NCBI GenBank assembly: GCA_041178425.1
Contig: JBEGVH010000029.1
Coordinates: 51,770 to 115,769, forward strand
DNA: 64,000 nucleotides
Direction: 5' to 3'
Origin: Pseudomonadota bacterium
GTDB lineage: Bacteria; Bdellovibrionota; Bdellovibrionia; Bdellovibrionales; Bdellovibrionaceae
The notes beneath the pieces were generated by a model. The model ran no database searches. It was not told the origin of the DNA and worked only from the letters and a program-made list of their open reading frames with translations. The translations under genes were made by a program, and so were the position numbers. Every line of letters starts with the position of its first letter. Position 1 is the first letter of the stretch. Below are positions 9,073 through 18,709 of this stretch, in pieces.

Positions 9073-9762
9073 TTGACTGACTCGACGACTTCCCAAACAA
9101 CAATTCCTCAGCTGTCAAAAGGCCAATGGGTTCGTTTGTTTGCGGCCAGTCTCGGCATGCTATTACTTAATCAACTGATTGAACAAGCCCTCAACCTTCA
9201 AATGACTGAAAGTATGAGGGGCGAAACGTCAGCCTTTGTTGTGACCGCCATGGCCCTATTTTTTAATGGAGTTTCAATTATTTGGCTACAGTCTGTGGTA
9301 CTGATGGTAATGGTGCAAGCACATCACCCAGAAACGAGCTCCGTCCCCCTTGGGGTGAAGATTGGGGATTTTACGAGGGAATGGCTGCGTTCGATGGGTG
9401 AAGTCTCCTTATGGATGTTTGCTTTTGTGGTTCCTGGACTGATTCGGCTCATCGATTACTCTCTCTTGCCCTTTATCTGCTTTTTCGATTCTGCCTATCA
9501 AAAAGGCGAAATAGATGCCCTCGAAACCTGTCGCTCCCTTGCGCGGGGACGGAGGTTAAAACTCTGGGCCCTTTGGATTAGCCTCGGCCTCGTGCTCCCG
9601 ATTTTGATGTCGGCCTTTTTGGGCGATTATGAATCCTTATTCGAACACCCTCTCTCGGGTACGCTCATCGTCGCCATCGAGGCCGCTTTTCAAGTGCTCT
9701 CTTTTTGCATTATTTGGCGAATCTACTCTGACGCAATAAGCTATGCTCGACCTCAGCCGTGA
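9073..9762 (+). CDS. Hypothetical integral membrane protein
   Basis: Multiple TM helices; AGGAG before a TTG start. Confidence 0.7.
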   Translation: MTDSTTSQTTIPQLSKGQWVRLFAASLGMLLLNQLIEQALNLQMTESMRGETSAFVVTAMALFFNGVSIIWLQSVVLMVMVQAHHPETSSVPLGVKIGDFTREWLRSMGEVSLWMFAFVVPGLIRLIDYSLLPFICFFDSAYQKGEIDALETCRSLARGRRLKLWALWISLGLVLPILMSAFLGDYESLFEHPLSGTLIVAIEAAFQVLSFCIIWRIYSDAISYARPQP

Positions 9763-9876
9763 TGCTGACTTCCAAAAATTCATTGGAAAGAGCTTTGACC
9801 TCCGAAAGAGGGGGGAATATTCTATCGAAGAGCTAATTCTAAGGAGCCATTCCTAAAAATTGCTATCGTTGCTTTC

Positions 9877-9910
9877 AAAAAGGCCTCTTCAACAAGGGGC
9901 CTTTTTTATT
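9877..9910. terminator. Bidirectional rho-independent terminator
   Basis: AAAAAGGCCTCTT-CAAC-AAGGGGCCTTTTTT between convergent genes. Confidence 0.75.
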
Positions 9911-9943
9911 ACTCCAGACATAAACTGATTTTATTTAATAACT

Positions 9944-11131
9944 TTAAGGTAAAAAGATTTCTCGAATAGGAACTTGGCGATTGTAATTACTACTCATCAC
10001 TCGACCATAAGCCCCGGAATCAATAATGGCCAAAAACTGCCCTTCCTCTAAGACAGGCAGATCGATCGAAGACGCAAGCACATCGGCACTCTCACAAATG
10101 GGCCCCACAAGTTGATAATTCACCACACTGGCATTCGTGTTTTCAACCAAGGGCAGTACACGATGTTTAGCTTCGTAGAGTGCTGGTCGCAAAAGATGGT
10201 GCATGCCTGTATCAACAATGGCAAAGCTGTGGTGAGTAGTTTTTTTAATATACTCCACTCGCGTGAGCAAAGCGCCAGCGTGAGCCACCAACCAACGTCC
10301 AGGCTCTACCATGAGCGATTTGGAAAGGCCACCCCAACTCTCGTTGATTCGTCGTCCCCACTCCTGCGCAAGCGCTAATTCTGCCGCTTCATCGCTGCGG
10401 TCGTAAAAAATACCCAGTCCCCCACCAGCATCAAGAGTCTCGAACTCAAAACCTTTACTCTTCCAATCCTGAATGACTGGCACAAGCTTATCATAAGCTT
10501 CGCTGCAACCACTCAAGTCAGTGAGCTGCGAGCCTATATGAACACTAAATCCCTGAAAAACTAAATTGGGATTGGAACGAAAAATCTTTTCGCAGTCGCC
10601 GAGCGCTTCGAGTTCTATACCAAATTTATTATTTTTTAGTCCGGTCGCAATATAGGGGTGAGTTTTGGCATCCACATTGGGGTTTACACGCAATCCAATG
10701 TGAGCTTTTAAATGGTGCTGCTGAGTTAGGTGGCTCAGCCGCTGGAGCTCAGGAACACTCTCTACATTGATTTGCCGAATCCCCAAACGGAGAGCTAAAA
10801 GAAGCTCCCGCTCACTTTTGCCAACGCCAGAAAAAATAATTCGGTTTGGAGGGCAACCTTGCTGAAGACTCCAATCGAGTTCTCCCCCAGACACCACATC
10901 CATACCAAATCCAAGATCAATGAATTGGCGAAGAACGTCTCGATGATCATTGGCCTTCATGGCATAGAAGATTTCTGTCTTCTGCGGCAACGCGGCTTTA
11001 AGAGCCTTTGCTCGATGTGCCATGTGAGGCCCATCATAAACATAGATTGGGCCATCGTAGTTTTCGAGCAGTTCTAAAAGTGAAGAGTCCTGATCAACGA
11101 ATTTCAATTTTTTCTCTTTATAAATCAACAT
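9944..11131 (-). CDS. lysA: Diaminopimelate decarboxylase
   Basis: YAMKAN (PLP Lys), DVVSGGEL, NKFG, HIGSQ, GGGLG, EPGR, GPICESAD and GAYG..MSSNYN. Confidence 0.96.
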   Translation of the reverse strand: MLIYKEKKLKFVDQDSSLLELLENYDGPIYVYDGPHMAHRAKALKAALPQKTEIFYAMKANDHRDVLRQFIDLGFGMDVVSGGELDWSLQQGCPPNRIIFSGVGKSERELLLALRLGIRQINVESVPELQRLSHLTQQHHLKAHIGLRVNPNVDAKTHPYIATGLKNNKFGIELEALGDCEKIFRSNPNLVFQGFSVHIGSQLTDLSGCSEAYDKLVPVIQDWKSKGFEFETLDAGGGLGIFYDRSDEAAELALAQEWGRRINESWGGLSKSLMVEPGRWLVAHAGALLTRVEYIKKTTHHSFAIVDTGMHHLLRPALYEAKHRVLPLVENTNASVVNYQLVGPICESADVLASSIDLPVLEEGQFLAIIDSGAYGRVMSSNYNRQVPIREIFLP

Positions 11132-11187
11132 GGTTTTAAGACTAACATTTGACTTTTCAAAGAGTCAAAAACCATAATGCGAATCCT

Positions 11188-11868
11188 ATGAACACAGCAA
11201 AAAGTTTTAGCATCGGTACCTCTGCCCATGGACTTCCCATCAAGGCCTTTGAATTTGGGTCACCCCAATCGCCCAGCATTCTGTGCCTGGGAGGAGTTCA
11301 CGGGGATGAGATTGAAGGCGTGACCCTCGCTTGGTCACTTTGGGATGAATTCATTAAAGACTTTCCTTACAAACTCCATTTGATCTTGATTCCCGAGATG
11401 AATCCCGACGGCGTGCTCTATAAAACCAGAGTCAATGCCAACAAAGTGGATCTCAATCGAAATCTCCCCACTCAAGATTGGATTTCTCAAACATTAAATC
11501 CGCGATACCCTCCTGGCCCCCACCCCGCCAGCGAACCCGAAACCAAGGCGTTTTTAAAATTGTGGGAGCAGCACAAATTCCAATTTGTGTTCTCTCTCCA
11601 CTCTTGGAATCCCCTCATTAACACCAACGGACCTTGCGGCGAAGTGGCGGATGTTCTCCATCACCATCTTGGCTCACCCGTCGAACCATCAATGGGATAT
11701 CCAACGCCTGGAGCCCTCGGAACTTTCGCCGGCCTCGAAAAGGCCGTACCTACTATCACACTTGAAATTCAACGAGGGCTTCTTAACGACCAAGTGATCG
11801 AGAAATACAAGCCCGCCATGCTCGCGGCCTTAGGCGCCCTCGACAAAAAACTCAACTCTCCCACTTAA
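11188..11868 (+). CDS. mpaA: M14 zinc carboxypeptidase, murein tripeptide amidase MpaA-like
   Basis: GGVHGDE, NPDG, RVNANKVDLNRN, ASEPET, SLHSW, GYPTPGALG and ITLE. Confidence 0.8.
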   Translation: MNTAKSFSIGTSAHGLPIKAFEFGSPQSPSILCLGGVHGDEIEGVTLAWSLWDEFIKDFPYKLHLILIPEMNPDGVLYKTRVNANKVDLNRNLPTQDWISQTLNPRYPPGPHPASEPETKAFLKLWEQHKFQFVFSLHSWNPLINTNGPCGEVADVLHHHLGSPVEPSMGYPTPGALGTFAGLEKAVPTITLEIQRGLLNDQVIEKYKPAMLAALGALDKKLNSPT

Positions 11869-11881
11869 AAGGAATTCGTCC

Positions 11882-12718
11882 ATGCCTTCTGCTACCCTCC
11901 AAGAAATGATTGAAGCCATTTACATTAAAGTTCAAGGTGGTGTCGCGATCAGCGATCTCTCTTCACTCGAAACGCAACAAATCGAGCAAGTCATTGAAGG
12001 ACTCGATACTGGAACCCTTCGCGTTTGCGAAAAGGTTCAAGGGCTTTGGATCACCCACGCCTGGGTGAAGCAAGCAATCCTTCTGTATTTTCGTATGACA
12101 AAAATGCAGACGATGGACGCCGGAGATTTTAATTTTTTCGATAAGATCCCGGTCAAAAAATGGAGTGAAGCCGATAAGGTTCGAGTTGTACCACCCGCTT
12201 TTGTGCGCAAAGGAGCATTTGTGGCTCCCGGCGCAATCTTAATGCCCTCTTATGTGAATATCGGCGCTTATGTGGGCTCGGGAACGATGGTCGACACCTG
12301 GGCTACAGTTGGTTCTTGCGCACAAATCGGGACCAATGTTCACCTTTCTGGAGGGGTAGGCATTGGTGGTGTGCTTGAGCCCGTTCAAGCCAATCCAGTA
12401 ATCATAGAAGACAATGCTTTTATTGGCAGTCGCTGCATTGTTGTTGAAGGTGCTGTGATTGAAGAAGGGGCTGTGCTCGGCGCTGGCGTCACGATCACAG
12501 CGAGCACAAAAATAATCGACGTAACACAAACCAAGCCAGTGGCTTATCAAGGACGAGTGCCAAGTCGTTCGGTTGTGATTCCTGGTACAACGATGAAAGA
12601 GTTTGCAGCCGGAACTTATGGAGTTCCCTGCGCTCTGATTATCGGCCAGAGAAAAGCCTCAACCGATTTAAAAACATCACTCACTGAGGCTCTTCGCGAT
12701 TATCAAGTTTCGGTTTAA
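11882..12718 (+). CDS. dapD: 2,3,4,5-tetrahydropyridine-2,6-dicarboxylate N-succinyltransferase
   Basis: WVKQAILLYFR, RVVPPA, MPSYVNIGAYV, DTWATVGSCAQIG and GGVLEP. Confidence 0.96.
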   Translation: MPSATLQEMIEAIYIKVQGGVAISDLSSLETQQIEQVIEGLDTGTLRVCEKVQGLWITHAWVKQAILLYFRMTKMQTMDAGDFNFFDKIPVKKWSEADKVRVVPPAFVRKGAFVAPGAILMPSYVNIGAYVGSGTMVDTWATVGSCAQIGTNVHLSGGVGIGGVLEPVQANPVIIEDNAFIGSRCIVVEGAVIEEGAVLGAGVTITASTKIIDVTQTKPVAYQGRVPSRSVVIPGTTMKEFAAGTYGVPCALIIGQRKASTDLKTSLTEALRDYQVSV

Positions 12719-12768
12719 TGATACAAAAGTCATTATTCGAACCAACGCAAAATTAATATCAACAAAAT

Positions 12769-12802
12769 AAAAAACCCCAAAGATTCAACTTTGGGGTTTT
12801 TT
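12769..12802. terminator. Bidirectional rho-independent terminator
   Basis: AAAAAACCCCAAAG-ATTCAA-CTTTGGGGTTTTTT. Confidence 0.8.
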
Positions 12803-12826
12803 CTAAGCAAAAGCTCTACGAAGGAA

Positions 12827-13090
12827 TTAACCTTTCAAAGAAGCTTCAACCTCTGAGCGGTATTGCTTAAGTAACATTTCAGTCACTTCTTTTTTAGAAA
12901 GCTTCAAGCTGTTGCAAAGTTGCGACATAACTTGAAGTGGAGGAGAACAAAGTCCACGCTCCCAATTAGAAACGAACTGAGGGCTAGAATATCCCAAAGT
13001 ACGGCTCAAATCAGATTGAGTGATTTGCAACTCCATTCGGCGTTTTGCTAAGAACTTTCCGATTGTGTATTTATTGCTTGTTTTTGCCAT
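12827..13090 (-). CDS. XRE/Cro-like helix-turn-helix transcriptional regulator
   Basis: ITQSDLSRTLGYSSPQFVSNWERGLCSPP; GAGG before ATG 13096/13090. Confidence 0.88.
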   Translation of the reverse strand: MAKTSNKYTIGKFLAKRRMELQITQSDLSRTLGYSSPQFVSNWERGLCSPPLQVMSQLCNSLKLSKKEVTEMLLKQYRSEVEASLKG

Positions 13091-13283
13091 TTGCATAACC
13101 TCTTTTTTAGAGTTGATTGTCAATTCATTGCCCATCAATGCCTATCAACAATATTTGTGTGGTCAAATAGCACGCTTCCTTAAATTTTGTTTAGCTAAAA
13201 GGATAACACCAAAAAAAATCCCCACAGAGGGACCCTTTTTGGCACCTGCCCAAAAAACAGACTTTTTGAACATAAAAATGTAT

Positions 13284-14510
13284 TTAATTAGATCTGAGGG
13301 CTTCGGAGGGCCTCAATTCAAGAAGCTTTTTCATTGCCAAGTGAACGGCTCCATAAATAATCATTATTGCTAAAGCCAAAATGATTAGAATAAAGAGAAA
13401 ATCGACCTGGGCAGGAATTTCACTGTCATAGTAAATGTCGGGCAAAACTTTCAATGGGAATTTTTCTAAATAAAGCCCCACAAGCACACCAACCAAAGCA
13501 CCTACACCTAAACCAATGCCCGCAAGATAAAGGCCAACTCTCTGAAAAAGATCTTTAAGTCTGACATTCGACAGGCCGAGTGCCATCAACAAACCCATGT
13601 CTTTGCGTTTTTGCGCAATTAACAACGTAAGCACCGACCAAATTGAAAACGTTGTAATAAGAGCACTTAACCCCAAAAAACTCCCGAGCATTAGCTTTTC
13701 TAATTGTAATGACCAAAAAATGGCTGAATTCCTCTCGCGCCAAGTTTGCACCGATAGATCTTTAAATTGCGAGAGTCTCTTCTTGAGTGAGTTGGCACCA
13801 TAGGGATCGGAGAGCCAAACATCATAACCAACCCTTCGGCTTCCGGCCTTCGAAAAATTAACCAGAGCTTGCCCGCGCTGAAACAAAACCATTTGAGAGT
13901 CTAGTTCTGCGATATTAGTTGCAACAATTTGCTTAACCACTACTTTTGCAAAAGGAGGGTTCTCACCAGGAGCCATCAAGAGACTTTCAGGTGGCAGAAT
14001 TGTTACGTACTCACCTTCGTAAACATTGAGCTGCTTGGCTAAGCCGTATCCAAGAACCACCTCTCCCGCTCCGGGAACTTCAAGCACCGCAGTGGCTGTG
14101 TTCTGTTGGGGCAAAGCTGAGAGTCTTCTTTGCATAGCCTCAATCGCTTCGACGGTGACTCCCCTTGCGACGCCGCCATGAAAAAGGCCATCGGTCGATC
14201 TTAAAATTACATCTTGTCGATCATAAATTTGAAAGTCTAAACCTCTTTGCTGCTTCAAAAAGGGAATGATGGAATGATTTTGAATGATGCTATCGTCAAT
14301 ATTCTTTTCGAATTCAGCCGTTAAATGAGGTTCAAGAGCAAGAATGCGAAGATTAATGTTACGATGCAAGCCCGACATGATACTTAGAACAAGAATAAAA
14401 GCCGCAACGGCAACGCCGATGCTCACCATTGAAAGCCAAGCGATTCGCTTCACCAAAGAGCCGGCCCGGGCAGAAAACAAGTAGCGCTTAAAAAAGGTCC
14501 AAGAAAGCAT
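13284..14510 (-). CDS. Lipoprotein-releasing ABC transporter permease (LolC/LolE/FtsX family)
   Basis: VLSIMSG, TWRERN, KRKDMGLLMALG, LPDIYY and PSEALR. Confidence 0.88.
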   Translation of the reverse strand: MLSWTFFKRYLFSARAGSLVKRIAWLSMVSIGVAVAAFILVLSIMSGLHRNINLRILALEPHLTAEFEKNIDDSIIQNHSIIPFLKQQRGLDFQIYDRQDVILRSTDGLFHGGVARGVTVEAIEAMQRRLSALPQQNTATAVLEVPGAGEVVLGYGLAKQLNVYEGEYVTILPPESLLMAPGENPPFAKVVVKQIVATNIAELDSQMVLFQRGQALVNFSKAGSRRVGYDVWLSDPYGANSLKKRLSQFKDLSVQTWRERNSAIFWSLQLEKLMLGSFLGLSALITTFSIWSVLTLLIAQKRKDMGLLMALGLSNVRLKDLFQRVGLYLAGIGLGVGALVGVLVGLYLEKFPLKVLPDIYYDSEIPAQVDFLFILIILALAIMIIYGAVHLAMKKLLELRPSEALRSN

Positions 14511-14572
14511 GCCCCAGACTAAATTTGACGGATTGATAAATCAACATTGTGTTTTTGCGTGGGGCGTAACGA

Positions 14573-15559
14573 TTATTTACCAGAATCTTTAGTCTGTTCA
14601 TTCGCAGGGACACGTTGACGTTTTGTTTCTTCTTCGCGAACCTCTTGAACGCTTCCTCTTACAAACATTGACTTTTGCAGGGCCTTCAATAGAACCACGG
14701 CTTCATCCAGCGCTTCGACCGCTCTGCGACTGGTTTTTGGTAATTGAGGCGCCATCTCAACAATCGTGGGTGTTAGTAATTTAAAATTATCAGTAAGAAT
14801 CGCAACATTTGTGACGATCTTTTCCATATCTCGGCTGAGATCAGGAGCCTTTTTTCGAACCAGGGGAATCATTTGATTTAATTCATTGGTCGTCACAGCT
14901 AAATTACCAAGAACTGTGCCCAAATTGTCCTTTCGTGTTGCTTGTTTGCTCAGTTTTATTACCTCTTCAGACATGAGTCCCAAACTGCGAACGAGAGGCT
15001 CAATCTGATCGAAAACTTTAACAAAACTCTGAGTTCTTTCGGTATCAGCGAATGCCTCAACAAGTATTTTCACATTGGTCATGAGGCCATTCATTCCCTC
15101 AAGATATTCACCCAATCGACGACCACTTAAAATGGTCATTATGTCGACGGTTTCGTGGGACCTAAGAGTCGCACCGTCTTGAATAACGGCAGATTCTTTT
15201 GATCCTACTGTCAACTCGAGTATCCTCTCCCCAATAACAAACGGACGCACTAACTGAGCCGAGCTGTCCTCTTTGATTCTTAAGCGGTATTTATCTAGAA
15301 GGGTGAAGGTCACCTTTATTTTGTTTGATTCCAAGAGGTCTACTTTTTCTACGCTACCTGCCCGCAACCCCGCCACCAACACTTCTGTTCCCGCATGAAC
15401 ACCATCGGCATTTTCAAACTCAGTGCTCAACGAAATCGTAGTGGCAAACCAACCCCGCTTAATCGCTACTGTGACAGCCACAGAAAGACCCGTTACTATA
15501 AAAACAATAACAAAGATCCCCGCGACCCTCTCAAAGTGATTAAACTTTAGCCCTCTCAT
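14573..15559 (-). CDS. mlaD: MlaD/MCE family protein
   Basis: N-terminal TM; ENADGVHAGTEVLVAGLRAGSVEKV MCE domain; long helical tail. Confidence 0.88.
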   Translation of the reverse strand: MRGLKFNHFERVAGIFVIVFIVTGLSVAVTVAIKRGWFATTISLSTEFENADGVHAGTEVLVAGLRAGSVEKVDLLESNKIKVTFTLLDKYRLRIKEDSSAQLVRPFVIGERILELTVGSKESAVIQDGATLRSHETVDIMTILSGRRLGEYLEGMNGLMTNVKILVEAFADTERTQSFVKVFDQIEPLVRSLGLMSEEVIKLSKQATRKDNLGTVLGNLAVTTNELNQMIPLVRKKAPDLSRDMEKIVTNVAILTDNFKLLTPTIVEMAPQLPKTSRRAVEALDEAVVLLKALQKSMFVRGSVQEVREEETKRQRVPANEQTKDSGK

Positions 15560-16266
15560 AAACTAACGGCCCTTTTTTCGATTGTATGTTGGTAAATTTG
15601 TCCCCCTTCTAAAAACAGCGAAACAGTCTCAAATTGGGAGGAAAACAGTTCATCGTATGAGGAAAAAATCACGGTATGCGTTTTTCCGGCTTTTCTTAGA
15701 TCATCGATGGATTGACAGTAGGTCTCAATCACCCCTTTAGACAAACCAACCGTCATGTCATCGAGTAAAATCAACTCGGGCTCAATAAGAAGTGCTCTCA
15801 CAAGACAAGCCAGTTTTCGGACCCCGCCCGACACATTGGCGGGTCGCACATCGGCAGCCTTCTGCAGAGAAAACCTATTTATGTAGTAATTCACTCGTTC
15901 GGCCGCCTCTTGGGGTGAACAGAGTTTATGGTAATTCAAAGGAAGCAAAAGATTTTCCGAAATCGTTCTGTTACTAAGAAGCCCACCGAGATCAAAGGCG
16001 TACCCAATTTTAAGTCGATACGGCAAAAATTCATCAAAACTCATCTCAGATACATTCAAGCCATCAATTTCAATTCGGCCTTGATTAGGAACTTGAAGCC
16101 CCGCTAACAATTGCAACAACGTCGAGCGGCCGGCTCCCCGTTCGCCTCGCAAAGAGATAATCTCTCCCATCGGAAAAGAACAATTGGCATTTTGAAGAAC
16201 ACTTTCTTCGCCTTCAAAGGCAAAGCTGACATCTTTAAATTCGATACTATTAATCAAAAAGCTCAT
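15556..16266 (-). CDS. mlaF: ABC transporter ATP-binding protein (MlaF-like)
   Basis: GERGAGRST (atypical Walker A), VSGG and ILLDD; lies between mlaE and mlaD. Confidence 0.8.
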   Translation of the reverse strand: MSFLINSIEFKDVSFAFEGEESVLQNANCSFPMGEIISLRGERGAGRSTLLQLLAGLQVPNQGRIEIDGLNVSEMSFDEFLPYRLKIGYAFDLGGLLSNRTISENLLLPLNYHKLCSPQEAAERVNYYINRFSLQKAADVRPANVSGGVRKLACLVRALLIEPELILLDDMTVGLSKGVIETYCQSIDDLRKAGKTHTVIFSSYDELFSSQFETVSLFLEGGQIYQHTIEKRAVSL

Positions 16267-17081
16267 ATGACACCCAATTCAATTAGTTGGTTGAGATAAA
16301 ACAAGGTCGTTACCGTCATGTTAAAAACGGTAACGTAAATAATACTATCGACCACCGCTTTGGTGGTTACCTGGGGAACTTCGTGAGAACTTCGTTTAAC
16401 TAAAAGTCCCTGGTAACAGCTCACGACAAAAATAATCATTCCACTGAATGACGTCTTAACCAGAAATAGAAAAATATCTTCAGCGGCGAGAGCTCTCACT
16501 AGAGATTCAATATAAAAAGCCACTGGTATATCTTGGATGAGCCGCGTGCAGAGATAGCCCCCAAAAAGAGCGATCATCGTAAAATAATAAGCCAGACTCA
16601 CGACACTAACAACGCCACCCACAATTCGCGGAAAGACAATGTAACTGAGTGGGTTTATCCCCATAGATTCGAGGGCATCAATTTCGCGATTGGCGCGCAT
16701 ATTACCCACTTCTGAGGCAACGGCCGTTCCTGATCTCGCAATCACCACCAGTGACGTTAATAGTGGCCCCACTTCACGAACGATAATCACCACCAAGAGA
16801 TTTCCAATCATTTGCGACCCGCCAAGCAAGGACAGCTGGGCTGAGCTTTGAAGAATAACAATTGATCCTGTTGCGATGGCGAGAACACTGATTAAGGGCA
16901 TCGCCTGCCAACCAGTAAAGTAGATCTGAGCCGAAACCACACTAAAAATAGTTCTCAATCCTTGGGCTTGATCCGACATTGTCGCTCGAAGGGAGTAATA
17001 GACCATCATAAGTACGCGAATCGTGTATTCGACGTTATTGATCAGTCGTCTGCCCAGATTGTCGATTGCTCTTAAAACCAT
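16263..17081 (-). CDS. mlaE: MlaE family ABC transporter permease
   Basis: VREVGPLLT, RSGTAVASEVGNM, EIDALESMGINP and VPQVTTKAVV. Confidence 0.92.
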   Translation of the reverse strand: MVLRAIDNLGRRLINNVEYTIRVLMMVYYSLRATMSDQAQGLRTIFSVVSAQIYFTGWQAMPLISVLAIATGSIVILQSSAQLSLLGGSQMIGNLLVVIIVREVGPLLTSLVVIARSGTAVASEVGNMRANREIDALESMGINPLSYIVFPRIVGGVVSVVSLAYYFTMIALFGGYLCTRLIQDIPVAFYIESLVRALAAEDIFLFLVKTSFSGMIIFVVSCYQGLLVKRSSHEVPQVTTKAVVDSIIYVTVFNMTVTTLFYLNQLIELGVI

Positions 17082-17232
17082 GAGTCCCTCAGAGAGAATA
17101 TCGGCATTTAAAGAAACAAAAATGAGCCCTATCCCTATCAATAAATTACTTTTTTTCACCTTTCTAAAAAGTCCATTCCCTGACTAAGGTGTTATCGTTA
17201 AAACCTGGTATTGATTCAAGACGCTTGGAAGG

Positions 17233-18174
17233 TTGGTTATGAAGAAAAGACTCGGTAAAAGATGGCCCTTAAAGAAGTTCTTGAAAATTCGATTTGGGAT
17301 ATTTTTCTCCAGGCCTTTGTATGGACTTTTTCTAGGTCTTAGCCTCAATCTTGTGTCGTGTGCCAATCCAGAGGGGTATCCTTCTAAAAATCGAAATCAA
17401 AAAATTATTGATCACACAATCCATCGCGCCACCGATCTTAATAAAAACTCTCAATTTGGCATTGTCGGCGGTACCACCCCCCAAGCCAAAGACCAGGTTC
17501 GTTGGAGCACCGTTGGTCTTTACGACCTAGACTCTGCCACCTTGTGCACAGGCACTATCATCGGCGAAAAAACGATTTTAACGGCGGCCCATTGTGTTCA
17601 AGACCTTTTTAGTTTGATTGTTTTTTTTGGTGATAGCATCGACGAGATGGGTCGAACGTCCGTGGTAACTCAAGTGGCTGTGTTAAGCACATACTCACGA
17701 GGAAACCAAGCAAAAGTTGATCTCGGCGATGTGGCGGTGGTTGAGATAGCAGATAAGATACCGGCCACTCATAATGTTGCAGAACTCATTTCTTCAGACG
17801 AAGCTCTAAACGATGGCGAAGACATTGTCATCGTGGGCTATGGAGCAACGACTGGTCTCCAGACTGGAACTGTGGGTTCTATCAAAGCAGCGCGAGTGAA
17901 AGTTCTCCAAAAAAGTTTGGGCCAAACAGAATTTGTAACCAACCAGTCAAGAGGGACAGGCGCTTGCTTTGGTGACTCGGGCGGCCCGGCTTATGCTGTT
18001 AAAAATAACCGCATTAAACTTGTTGGCATCGCGAGTCGCGTGGGCAATTCGCAGGGCAAAGACCCGTGTCGTGGAATTGGAATTTACTCAAAGGCTAATT
18101 TTTACCAACCCTTTGTAGACGCTGCACAATCAGGACTCGCCAAACAATCAAAACCCTCCGTCGAGTCTAGGTAA
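17233..18174 (+). CDS. Trypsin-like (S1) serine protease, probable lipoprotein
   Basis: IVGG, CTGTII, LTAAHC, DVAVV and GACFGDSGGP; LVSC lipobox. Confidence 0.93.
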   Translation: MVMKKRLGKRWPLKKFLKIRFGIFFSRPLYGLFLGLSLNLVSCANPEGYPSKNRNQKIIDHTIHRATDLNKNSQFGIVGGTTPQAKDQVRWSTVGLYDLDSATLCTGTIIGEKTILTAAHCVQDLFSLIVFFGDSIDEMGRTSVVTQVAVLSTYSRGNQAKVDLGDVAVVEIADKIPATHNVAELISSDEALNDGEDIVIVGYGATTGLQTGTVGSIKAARVKVLQKSLGQTEFVTNQSRGTGACFGDSGGPAYAVKNNRIKLVGIASRVGNSQGKDPCRGIGIYSKANFYQPFVDAAQSGLAKQSKPSVESR

Positions 18175-18222
18175 ACAGTATTTATTTTTATTGACGATCT
18201 TCAGTTTGTTCACTGTATCCTA

Positions 18223-18702
18223 GTGGAGATGAGCAAATTTCGTTTAATTTCATTGTTAATCTTTTTCTGTTTAACACCAATGTCTCCGCTCGTTGCGAAC
18301 TCTGAGGGGTCTCACGATTCCAATCATAAAAACTCTGCCCCTCCTACAGGCGCTCATGCGACGAGCTCACCCTCGGGAGCCCATCAAGGAGCCCAACCCT
18401 CGTCATCAACCACCGCCTCGGGCGCCTCAACCATAGAAATGAAAGAAAAAATGATTCTGTGGTCTCGCCAACTCGGAGTCACCTGTGTTCATTGTCACAA
18501 CCTCGAGAATTTTAAAGATGATCATAAACTCTCTTTTAAGACCGCACTAAAACATGAAAAAATGGGAAAGGTTCTTCAGGAAGAAGTTTTTAATGATCGC
18601 GATGCTGGCCATGAACTAAAAGTAAAAGTCCAATGCTATATGTGTCATCGCGGCCTCCAATGGCCTGAGTATATAGAGCCACCAAACAGTCTCACCAAAT
18701 AA
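18223..18702 (+). CDS. Diheme c-type cytochrome (reaction-centre cytochrome/PufC-like family)
   Basis: Signal peptide; MILWSRQLGVTCVHCH and VQCYMCHRG. Confidence 0.8.
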   Translation: MEMSKFRLISLLIFFCLTPMSPLVANSEGSHDSNHKNSAPPTGAHATSSPSGAHQGAQPSSSTTASGASTIEMKEKMILWSRQLGVTCVHCHNLENFKDDHKLSFKTALKHEKMGKVLQEEVFNDRDAGHELKVKVQCYMCHRGLQWPEYIEPPNSLTK

Positions 18703-18709
18703 AGGCCAA

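Noticed and set aside
18223..18702. Evidence of phototrophy from the PufC-like cytochrome
   Set aside because: Only two hemes and no pufLM or bch genes in the window.
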